Of a stretch of 34,666 nt of DNA, positions 1 through 6,871 are shown one piece after another. Source of the stretch: Dehalococcoidia bacterium (GTDB taxonomy: Bacteria > Chloroflexota > Dehalococcoidia > SZUA-161); NCBI GenBank assembly GCA_035529555.1, contig DATKWL010000116.1, forward strand, positions 1 through 34,666, in the 5' to 3' direction. Numbering within the stretch: position 1 is the stretch's first letter; each line of letters begins with the position of its first letter. A program made the translations under genes and the position numbers. The notes under the pieces are model-generated. The model saw nothing but the letters and a program-made list of their open reading frames with translations, searched no databases and was not told where the DNA came from.

Positions 1-49
1 TTCTTGAACCCACACCGCCATAGGTTTTATTTCTACAGGACACTTTTTC

Positions 50-280
50 TCAGTCATTATTTCCTCCGCTTTTCGACACTTCTGTGGCTATAATCTGTAG
101 CACGGCATCATTCGGCCTGGAGCCGTAATCGAGAAACTTATCAAGAGAGTTGGTTATAACGGGGCTGGGCTCCTTGGCGCCAAAGGCTTCAGCTAATTTC
201 TGGGCTGCTGTCTCCCGATTCCCCTGGTTGTAGTTCTCCAGAGCTTCCAGGTACAGCTTCAGCGGCTTAGCTGAGGGCAT
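50..280 (-). CDS. hypothetical small protein (76 aa)
   Basis: ORF track 50..316 begins at TTG. The first well-placed start is ATG 280, with GGAG 6 nt upstream. Packed against the neighbouring gene. Confidence 0.5.
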   Translation of the reverse strand: MPSAKPLKLYLEALENYNQGNRETAAQKLAEAFGAKEPSPVITNSLDKFLDYGSRPNDAVLQIIATEVSKSGGNND

Positions 281-650
281 GCTCATCTCCTTCTGGTTCT
301 CCCAGGATTTCCTCAACCTTTCCGACGTCCTCAGAAGTGATTACCTGCCCTTCTGGCTCAACCACTACTGTAGATCTAACAGATATCTCCCTCTGCTCAA
401 GGAACTTTGGCAGGCTCTCCTCCAGCTCCAGCTCCCCAAGCTCGATTTCGGTGGCTTGGTATCCTTGGGACTTCAGATGTTCTATCCACTGCTGGCAGGT
501 CTCGTCATCCGACTGGCAGGTCTCGCAATAGCTTTTTTTTGCCTCGTCCTCGAGGCAGCTGGAGACCTGTCCACCTTCAAAGACGGTGACCAATATTTTC
601 CTGTCGCCCTTGGTCAATTCCACAAGCTTTTTTGCCTTACTTATGTCCAT
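267..650 (-). CDS. hypothetical acidic, Cys-containing protein (127 aa)
   Basis: ATG 650 is preceded by AGGAGG at 8 nt. No family recognised. Confidence 0.6.
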   Translation of the reverse strand: MDISKAKKLVELTKGDRKILVTVFEGGQVSSCLEDEAKKSYCETCQSDDETCQQWIEHLKSQGYQATEIELGELELEESLPKFLEQREISVRSTVVVEPEGQVITSEDVGKVEEILGEPEGDEHALS

Positions 651-653
651 TTC

Positions 654-1085
654 TTAAGCCTCCTGTTTTTCATAAATACCATAACTGACTCCGTAGAGGT
701 TTTCAGCATCAGGCAACTCTACAAATCCACCCCGTATCAATCTCAGCTCTTTTTCATAGGGATTCTCCTTAGGCTTAGTTTTCTTCTCCAGCGTTTGCTT
801 GGTTATATCCTCGATGTAGGCAATCTTCTCTTGATGATTGCCCCTTTCCATCGAGGGAAAGCCGGTGCCAATCAGACACTTGTCGCACCATCCTTCCAGG
901 TAAACCAACTTGTCCCGAACCTCAATCCAGTAGCACAGCACATCCGGCTCATCAAGGTCAGGGACCTGGTCAATAAGCTTTCGTAGCTTGAGCTCGGTGA
1001 TGTCTGTTCCCGGCCATCTCAACTGCAGACCCCTCGGCAGTGGGGGGCCTTCATCTGGTGGCATTGGCAAAAAGCCCTTCAACAC
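654..1085 (-). CDS. hypothetical protein with N-terminal EGPPLPRGLQLRWP motif (143 aa)
   Basis: GTG 1085 is preceded by AGGAGG at 5 nt. The motif is shared with two plus-strand small proteins. Confidence 0.6.
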   Translation of the reverse strand: MLKGFLPMPPDEGPPLPRGLQLRWPGTDITELKLRKLIDQVPDLDEPDVLCYWIEVRDKLVYLEGWCDKCLIGTGFPSMERGNHQEKIAYIEDITKQTLEKKTKPKENPYEKELRLIRGGFVELPDAENLYGVSYGIYEKQEA

Positions 1086-1094
1086 TTTAGCCTC

Positions 1095-1667
1095 CTAGAC
1101 TTCAATGCCTCGTTTGGTCAGTTCCGCACCCATGGCCGATAGCCACACTTCAAGCCGCTCGGTACCCCTCGGTATAGCCTCTATCTTCTTGTGCGCTTCC
1201 TCGGCTGCCTCAGCGAAAGTCTCATACCGCTTTGTCAGCGCCGGCTGAGCTTTATACATCTTGCCGGCCACGCAGTAGATATCCTGCTGGTCAGCAGCAA
1301 GCATCCCGACTATGCCCTTGCTCCAACAGAGATCCTTTCCCTTGTAGGTGAAGCAGGAGCATGGCGTGGCTCTGGCTCTGGCCTCGTCAAGGACTACTCC
1401 TGGGCTGGCCAGTTCCTCAACGCCAAAGTGAAGTAGCAGCTCGTGGTCCGAGGGCAGCTCCTCATATCTTCTAATATGGTCAGGCCCCAAATTGGCTTTT
1501 TTGGCCCTGATAGGGGGGAGGGTTACTTCCAGGTATTCCCCGCGTGCTCCCCTTTTTATAATGATTGGTTCAAGCGTGACTTCATCATTGATGGTTGACA
1601 GTACTCGCCCACAACTCCCGGTGTATTTGTCACAGACTTTGCTCCCCATTGCTATGTCAGGTATCAT
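1095..1667 (-). CDS. hypothetical protein (190 aa)
   Basis: ATG 1667 is preceded by AGGAGG at 6 nt. No family recognised. Confidence 0.65.
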   Translation of the reverse strand: MIPDIAMGSKVCDKYTGSCGRVLSTINDEVTLEPIIIKRGARGEYLEVTLPPIRAKKANLGPDHIRRYEELPSDHELLLHFGVEELASPGVVLDEARARATPCSCFTYKGKDLCWSKGIVGMLAADQQDIYCVAGKMYKAQPALTKRYETFAEAAEEAHKKIEAIPRGTERLEVWLSAMGAELTKRGIEV

Positions 1668-1681
1668 CCCCCACCTCCTCT

Positions 1682-2152
1682 TTACTTTTCCAGAATACCC
1701 CCATCTTCTGCGTACTCGAGGACGCTTTCCTCCAGTCCGGGTCCGCTCTTGAAAAAGCCTTGCTCAAACATTTCACGGGCATCATCATCCCACCAGCTTG
1801 CGAGATAATCACCAGTCTCCTTATTTTGTATTCCTATGTGAAGGCGGTCCCGCTCTTCCCAAACTTCGACTCTGACATCATCACGCGACAACTTAGATTT
1901 ACTTGAATGGCCGATTTTCTCTACATATCCGCCATCCATGCCTTGTTTCCAGTACCCATATCCAGTATCCCAACCAAGAGACACCTTATCTTTGTCAGAC
2001 TCAATATACCAGCCATCTCGCTCCCCATAAAAGTTCGCGGAGATTACCGTTCCTTCTGACCAACCGGCGGGGAATGAACCAGATGCAGTTGGTATGGTTA
2101 TTTTGACTCTATCTCCTTTTGCTAAATCAAATTCTTTCTTAAACTGCCCCAT
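1682..2152 (-). CDS. hypothetical protein (156 aa; ORF extends to GTG 2173)
   Basis: GGGAG lies 10 nt upstream of ATG 2152. The GTG at 2173 has no RBS. Confidence 0.55.
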   Translation of the reverse strand: MGQFKKEFDLAKGDRVKITIPTASGSFPAGWSEGTVISANFYGERDGWYIESDKDKVSLGWDTGYGYWKQGMDGGYVEKIGHSSKSKLSRDDVRVEVWEERDRLHIGIQNKETGDYLASWWDDDAREMFEQGFFKSGPGLEESVLEYAEDGGILEK

Positions 2153-2227
2153 CCCGAATTTGCTCCCTTTCACAGATATTCTGTGCTAGCCTTACTAGCT
2201 CTATCCACTCGTAGGATAATGTCCGCT

Positions 2228-2485
2228 TCACTTGCAGGTTCTTTCTATCTGCCAAACGGTTTTCTCCAAATTGGGGACAATACCATGGAAGCCATACACC
2301 TCATCAATGTCAGCATCGTCTATTTTAACAAAGAACCCATCAAACTCTTTTATTGCAGGTCTGTCCCCAAAATAATTCTTAATTTCGGCTACATCTTGCG
2401 AATCCGTAACTAAAATTAAATCCCCTCTCTTATTTAAATCGAGTATTGTTCCTTTTTCCTGAGCTTTCACATAGCATTTCATCAT
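2228..2485 (-). CDS. hypothetical protein (85 aa)
   Basis: ORF fills the gap between neighbouring genes on the same strand. No clear RBS. Confidence 0.5.
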   Translation of the reverse strand: MMKCYVKAQEKGTILDLNKRGDLILVTDSQDVAEIKNYFGDRPAIKEFDGFFVKIDDADIDEVYGFHGIVPNLEKTVWQIERTCK

Positions 2486-2490
2486 TACAC

Positions 2491-2826
2491 TTACTTAGGG
2501 GCCACCAGTTTACAGCCGCACTTTTGGGAAAGGGCATCCTTAACCATAGCAGGAACAGTACCCCACTGAAATGACTCGATTTTCCGAATATAGGCATCAT
2601 AATCTGATGATTCTATCCTGCCTTTTTGGAAAGCATAAGCCATCTCATCGACTATATCATCGATTCCCTGCCCGATGAAGAGCAGATTGTCAGCCATTTT
2701 GCCAAGCGAACAGCTCGCTGCTCGATATTTGGCCAGGTTATAGACTTGCTTGAGGTTGCCCAGGGTATCCCTGCTTATCACATCGGGAGCTTCCTCTATC
2801 AATTGTTCTACTGTTGGATAATCCAT
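2491..2826 (-). CDS. helical Cys-motif paralog (111 aa, C-terminal KCGCK)
   Basis: ATG 2826 follows a G-rich SD. It shares an internal Cys plus a C-terminal CxC pattern with 3537..3854, 3851..4222 and 16478..16807. Confidence 0.6.
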   Translation of the reverse strand: MDYPTVEQLIEEAPDVISRDTLGNLKQVYNLAKYRAASCSLGKMADNLLFIGQGIDDIVDEMAYAFQKGRIESSDYDAYIRKIESFQWGTVPAMVKDALSQKCGCKLVAPK

Positions 2827-2838
2827 CAGAACCCCCCC

Positions 2839-3021
2839 TCAGCTTATTGCAGAGATAATTTTATCTAGCTTGTGGTCCCTGAGAACCGTCAATATGTATT
2901 TATGAGGGCCGGTAGCAGACGCGTACCATTTACCATCCTCAAATTCATATAACGTATACATACCGTTGGCTTTCAAAATTAGCTTGTATTCATTATCCTT
3001 ATAAACTTCAAATTCTTTCAT
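2839..3021 (-). CDS. hypothetical protein (60 aa)
   Basis: ATGA start/stop overlap with the upstream gene. GAGGAGG lies 6 nt upstream. Confidence 0.5.
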   Translation of the reverse strand: MKEFEVYKDNEYKLILKANGMYTLYEFEDGKWYASATGPHKYILTVLRDHKLDKIISAIS

Positions 3022-3518
3022 CCCTCGCCTCCTCTACCCTCCAGTTTCTTAATAACCTCTCTGGCTTCTTCCTTGCTCATACCTCCCATAACTCGTGCCA
3101 TCGCATCAGACATCTTTAGTGTGTCTTTGGCTATTTTAAGCTGATGCTTTTCGGGGGTTGTTAATCTTTCGAGATAAGGATTTCCTTCATTAATCTCCTC
3201 TTTTTCCGGCTTATAATACTCTAAGTAAAATTGAGGGTTACTGAGCAGGTGCAGCAGTCGTGCGCCAGCATCACTGGTGTAAAGGAAGTTGGTCTTTTCT
3301 GCCTGTTCTTTCAGATAATTGAGTTCCTTCTTTAACACTGACCTTTCGTCATTTGAGAGGCAGGTCATCTTGTCCACATCTCCCAAAGCCTCGCCCGCTT
3401 CCCGGCTCAGGCGCTGGTATTCCTCATAGCTAGCGGTGGCAATGCCAGCACCTCTCAGGCCAAGCATTTGCAGCCACCTGGCCAGCTTCATTCCCTCCAA
3501 AATACATTTTTCTTTCAT
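3018..3518 (-). CDS. hypothetical protein (166 aa)
   Basis: ATG 3518 has a GAGG-type SD. Predicted helical. No family recognised. Confidence 0.6.
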   Translation of the reverse strand: MKEKCILEGMKLARWLQMLGLRGAGIATASYEEYQRLSREAGEALGDVDKMTCLSNDERSVLKKELNYLKEQAEKTNFLYTSDAGARLLHLLSNPQFYLEYYKPEKEEINEGNPYLERLTTPEKHQLKIAKDTLKMSDAMARVMGGMSKEEAREVIKKLEGRGGEG

Positions 3519-3536
3519 CCCTCATCTACCTCGATT

Positions 3537-3854
3537 CTAAGTGAAAAGGCACTTGCATTCAGTTTTAAGTCTTTTCTTTATCTCATCAGGCAAATCAGTG
3601 AACACAACCTGGTCTGTTGCATTGAGTATGCTGCCCAATTCACCTACGGTGATTAAACCATCTGAGAAGTTGTCAACTGTTCGCCTTCGCAAGAGATTCG
3701 CGGAGCGGTGGGCTTGGCTGAATCGCATGAACATCAGGTCAATATTGCAACGATCAGCAGACTGGACCGTCGTCTGAACGGCATCCTCAAGCTCATTAAA
3801 TTCTCTCTTCAGGTTTACCGAGGTTAGCTCCTTCAATTCCTCCAATTTCTTCAT
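3537..3854 (-). CDS. helical Cys-motif paralog (105 aa, C-terminal ECKCL)
   Basis: ATGA overlap with the upstream gene, plus the shared Cys pattern (see finding). Confidence 0.6.
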   Translation of the reverse strand: MKKLEELKELTSVNLKREFNELEDAVQTTVQSADRCNIDLMFMRFSQAHRSANLLRRRTVDNFSDGLITVGELGSILNATDQVVFTDLPDEIKKRLKTECKCLFT

Positions 3855-4222
3855 CCCTTACCTTCCTTCTCCTGGCATGACCAGAGTTCACGCAATAGAG
3901 GCAATTCAGCTTCTGCTGCTATTTCTGCTGCTTCAGATAAGCTATGTATATCGCCTCTCAATAACCCCGCTTCATAATGCGTTATGGCATTCTCCAGGAA
4001 TGTTTCGGGATGCTCAATGTTTATTCCACACGATTCGCCAACCCTTTTCAGATGTTCAGATGCTGATTCTATTTCCTCCCTTATTTCTATGGCAGTTGCC
4101 GGCAGTTTACCTGTCCTGGCGTGTTCATTATAGATAGATAGTAAATCATGAAGCTTTGCAAACAAATCGATTGCAGCAAGAGCGCATGAACAAGTTTTAT
4201 GGCTCTGGCAAGTTTGGTTCAT
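3851..4222 (-). CDS. helical Cys-motif paralog (123 aa, N-terminal CSCALAAIDLF)
   Basis: ATG 4222 has GAGGAG upstream, plus the shared Cys pattern. Confidence 0.6.
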   Translation of the reverse strand: MNQTCQSHKTCSCALAAIDLFAKLHDLLSIYNEHARTGKLPATAIEIREEIESASEHLKRVGESCGINIEHPETFLENAITHYEAGLLRGDIHSLSEAAEIAAEAELPLLRELWSCQEKEGKG

Positions 4223-4233
4223 CCCTTACTCCT

Positions 4234-4545
4234 CTATCCTATCCCCACATCTTTCGGGTTTATATTTTTCGCTCTCAACATCATCATTACCTGCTCTTGG
4301 GAGCACTTGCTTAGCTTGTTAAACAACTCTGCAGTTCTCTGCGTGGCTGCCTCCGATGGTTTCCCGAGAAACTCATTGAACCCTATGTCCCCCAAGCGCC
4401 TGCCGAGGAAAAAGCTGTCTGAGGTTTCAGTGATCTCGGCAAACCTGCCAAAGCCGAGTATATCATGTAGCAGGTCTATCCTAGGCTCAAATTTGAGTAT
4501 CTCGCTCTTGGCATCGCAGGCTGGCTTCCAAACTTGCTTTTCCAT
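4234..4545 (-). CDS. hypothetical protein (103 aa)
   Basis: GGAGG lies 6 nt upstream of ATG 4545. The track ORF starts one codon earlier, at GTG 4548. Confidence 0.55.
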   Translation of the reverse strand: MEKQVWKPACDAKSEILKFEPRIDLLHDILGFGRFAEITETSDSFFLGRRLGDIGFNEFLGKPSEAATQRTAELFNKLSKCSQEQVMMMLRAKNINPKDVGIG

Positions 4546-4560
4546 CACTTGCCTCCAGCT

Positions 4561-4863
4561 TTAATATTCCTCTGGAAATAGGACTGTTGTTACCGACCTG
4601 TCAGCTTCGGTAATTATCCATATTTTCGGTAAGGGTAACTTCTCATAGGCTGAAAAGAGGCGGAGATACTTGCCCAGGGCGTATTCATTTTCCCTCTTGT
4701 CTGCTTCAGACAAGTCGCCCCAGTCTCCTCTGGCGTGGCGGCCTAAGCTTTTCGTAACAAACAGGGCAAACTCGGTATTAGTAGCTACCAGGTCATTGAC
4801 CCCTCTGGTAAATACTAACTGCCCCATCTCGAATTTGCGCTCTTGCCCTGCCTCTGTATTCAT
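4561..4863 (-). CDS. small conserved protein resembling a plasmid/conjugative-element family (100 aa)
   Basis: The motifs GDWGDLSEADK and KIWIITEADRSVTTVLFPEEY at the C-terminus match, from memory, small proteins annotated as plasmid-related. GAGGAG SD. Family assignment not verifiable here. Confidence 0.6.
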   Translation of the reverse strand: MNTEAGQERKFEMGQLVFTRGVNDLVATNTEFALFVTKSLGRHARGDWGDLSEADKRENEYALGKYLRLFSAYEKLPLPKIWIITEADRSVTTVLFPEEY

Positions 4864-4871
4864 TCATCTCC

Positions 4872-5183
4872 TCACAGGACATCGCATATTTTTATCTTGA
4901 GCAGTTCATCGGCGGTCTGAGTGCCGATTACCTTCTCGGCAAGACTCATTTTATCCCACTTTTCCGGGGAGGGGACTTCACCGCCGTATATTCGGTAAAG
5001 GGTTTGTGCTTCCTCCAATGTCAGTTTGCCACAGGCAAACGCGGTAGATTGAAGTTTCTGATATTCAACAAGGTCTTTCCAGTCGGTCTTTAAGCTTTCA
5101 TTAAGACTGGCTAGTTTCTCCTCAGAAACTGTCTTCATTTTTTCGTTTATTCTGGCAATTCCTGCTTCGATGCGGTTTGGCAT
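4872..5183 (-). CDS. hypothetical protein (103 aa)
   Basis: ATG 5183 has GAGGTG 4 nt upstream. Confidence 0.6.
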   Translation of the reverse strand: MPNRIEAGIARINEKMKTVSEEKLASLNESLKTDWKDLVEYQKLQSTAFACGKLTLEEAQTLYRIYGGEVPSPEKWDKMSLAEKVIGTQTADELLKIKICDVL

Positions 5184-5197
5184 AGCTCACCTCGTAA

Positions 5198-5572
5198 TCA
5201 CCCTTTTTTGATGAGTGATGGTTGAGTCGGTTCCCACACTAGCGGTTTGGGCCCCCACATTTCCCTAGCCTTATCCACCAACTCGGGACTCAAAACCTCA
5301 TGATCAGCTCCGTAAATATAGCCGCAACCATCACCTTCATCAGCGTAGATAGCAAAGGCAGTGTTGGGGCCTAGAAAAAAGGCTAGCACTTCCTTTCCAC
5401 CTGCCTTAAGGTGCATAGCCAATTCGGAGTGTTGTATTTTTAGGTTCTCTTTGCGGACAAGTCCCGCCAGATTCTCCTGAAATATTACCGGGGTTTTCCT
5501 TACAAAAGCTTCGGAATCTTTGGCTAACAACATCCCAGCGGTTGCACATTCAATCTGGCATTTAGTTGTCAT
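5198..5572 (-). CDS. hypothetical protein (124 aa)
   Basis: ORF in the operon context, with a weak G-rich SD. Confidence 0.55.
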   Translation of the reverse strand: MTTKCQIECATAGMLLAKDSEAFVRKTPVIFQENLAGLVRKENLKIQHSELAMHLKAGGKEVLAFFLGPNTAFAIYADEGDGCGYIYGADHEVLSPELVDKAREMWGPKPLVWEPTQPSLIKKG

Positions 5573-5593
5573 AGCTATTCCCCACTTTCTTCT

Positions 5594-5995
5594 CTAAAAA
5601 AATGGATTCTCAATCTTAAAACGGCGGCTGCAGGCTTGGCAGTAGACAGCGTGGGCATCAGGCTCAGCTGGGGTCTCCGCACCACAGTAGGGGCAGACGG
5701 GATACCACATATCTTCCATGGTAGCCGCCTCAAGGTTTTTCTCAGTCATAGTGACTGTCTCTTCTTCGACCTCTGGCGCCCGTATTTTTTCCGCCTCCCC
5801 CAGCGCCTTGCGGGGTATTAACTTCTGCCCTACTCCTGTGCCCAACCCTATGCCGTGACTAATAAAGTGATCCTTACACATAAATGCCCACGGCCCCATG
5901 CGAGTTTTCCCGTCATAGAGGCCTGGCCAATCACAGAAATCGCACTTTGGTAGTTCCTGCACATATGCTGTGGTGCCGCTTCTTGGATTGCCCAT
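5594..5995 (-). CDS. zinc-ribbon protein (133 aa)
   Basis: Contains CDFC...CKDH near the N-terminus and CPYC...CQAC at the C-terminus. GGAGG lies 9 nt upstream of ATG 5995. Confidence 0.65.
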   Translation of the reverse strand: MGNPRSGTTAYVQELPKCDFCDWPGLYDGKTRMGPWAFMCKDHFISHGIGLGTGVGQKLIPRKALGEAEKIRAPEVEEETVTMTEKNLEAATMEDMWYPVCPYCGAETPAEPDAHAVYCQACSRRFKIENPFF

Positions 5996-6010
5996 CTTCT
6001 ACATCCTCCG

Positions 6011-6061
6011 AAAAAGAAAGGAGCAAGCATTATTTTGCTCGCCCCGTTTTTATCTATTGTA
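6011..6061 (-). promoter_or_regulatory. leader hairpin copy U1 (GGGGCGAGCA/TGCTTGCTCC + U-tract) with upstream TACAAT
   Basis: The minus strand reads TACAAT..AAAAACGGGGCGAGCAAAATAATGCTTGCTCCTTTCTTTTTCGGAGG..ATG(5995). The -35 element is weak. Confidence 0.55.
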
Positions 6062-6075
6062 AGCCCTATCTTTAT

Positions 6076-6753
6076 CTAGGTCTTAATTTCGCTCTTTCTC
6101 CTTTCTATAAATTCCCTGAGCCTTTCCCTGACCTCACTGCAGGTATCGCATTCCTCTTCCGGGATTGACCACAGCCGGCTCATGAACTCCTCGGTAACCT
6201 GGCTTGCCCTGGCCGCCGCCTGCTCCATGGTTTCAACGTCCTTTATGGCGGTGATGGAGTGCCTCAGCTCCCTCGACTGCTTGAGTGTCCAGACTGCGAG
6301 TTCCTTCTCGACTCCCTTGAGTTTGGCGATCTCATCCGGGGCAAGATCGATGCGCTCCATGACATTGAGCTCATCGAGGGCGATGCGGATTCGCCTGGTT
6401 ACCTCCGGCTGTCTGACGCCCTTATCTCGGGCAAACCTTATCCCCTCAGAAAGGGATGAGGAGGTGACAGAGAGATGGTCGCGGGAGCAGGGTAAACACG
6501 CCGTGCCTGCAGATATCGACCCCGGTGATGGGGATATCTCATCTTGACCTGGTGGCGGTTCTTTTAGCGTCTCAGGGGCTGTGGCAGGGGTTGCGGACTC
6601 CTGCAGGCCAAATTTCGCCGCGGCCTGGTCGAACTTATTGGCAACCTTGTCAATAATGTTCAGCCCAGTCTCAATGGCGTCACCCGCCTTGTCGATCACG
6701 GAGAACGCGTCCTCGGGGCGGGGCAATTTAGGCAATCTTGGCATACGAACCAT
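6076..6753 (-). CDS. hypothetical protein, N-terminal MPRLPKLPRPE motif, CLPC and CDTC pairs (225 aa)
   Basis: The track ORF 6076..6807 runs through the leader hairpin. GGGAG lies 8 nt upstream of ATG 6753. Confidence 0.6.
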   Translation of the reverse strand: MVRMPRLPKLPRPEDAFSVIDKAGDAIETGLNIIDKVANKFDQAAAKFGLQESATPATAPETLKEPPPGQDEISPSPGSISAGTACLPCSRDHLSVTSSSLSEGIRFARDKGVRQPEVTRRIRIALDELNVMERIDLAPDEIAKLKGVEKELAVWTLKQSRELRHSITAIKDVETMEQAAARASQVTEEFMSRLWSIPEEECDTCSEVRERLREFIERRKSEIKT

Positions 6754-6772
6754 GTGAGTTACTCCCGTCCTT

Positions 6773-6820
6773 AAAAAAGGGGGCAAGCCCTTCTCAGCGA
6801 AGGTCACCTGCCCCGTTTTT
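6773..6820 (-). terminator. leader/terminator hairpin copy U2
   Basis: The minus strand reads AAAAACGGGGCAGGTGACCTTCGCTGAGAAGGGCTTGCCCCCTTTTTT, directly before the SD of gene 6076..6753. Confidence 0.65.
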
Positions 6821-6842
6821 CCGGTATTTTCCTCCCCACCTT

Positions 6843-6871
6843 ATTATTGTTTCAGAGGAGGGAATTGTCAA
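6843..6871 (-). promoter_or_regulatory. sigma70-like promoter TTGACA-17-AATAAT
   Basis: The -35 element (6866-6871) overlaps the TGA stop of gene 6868..8292. The -10 element is at 6843-6848. Confidence 0.45.

Noticed and set aside
1-49. Possible start of another minus-strand gene (ATG at 22..20 reading off the left edge).
   Set aside because: Only seven codons are visible and there is no SD, which is insufficient to call.
279-986. 235-aa plus-strand ORF (and nested 64- and 60-aa ORFs) opposite genes 267..650 and 654..1085.
   Set aside because: It is a Leu/Phe/Ser-rich low-complexity translation with no SD. It lies fully antisense to two well-supported SD-led genes, so it is a typical shadow ORF.
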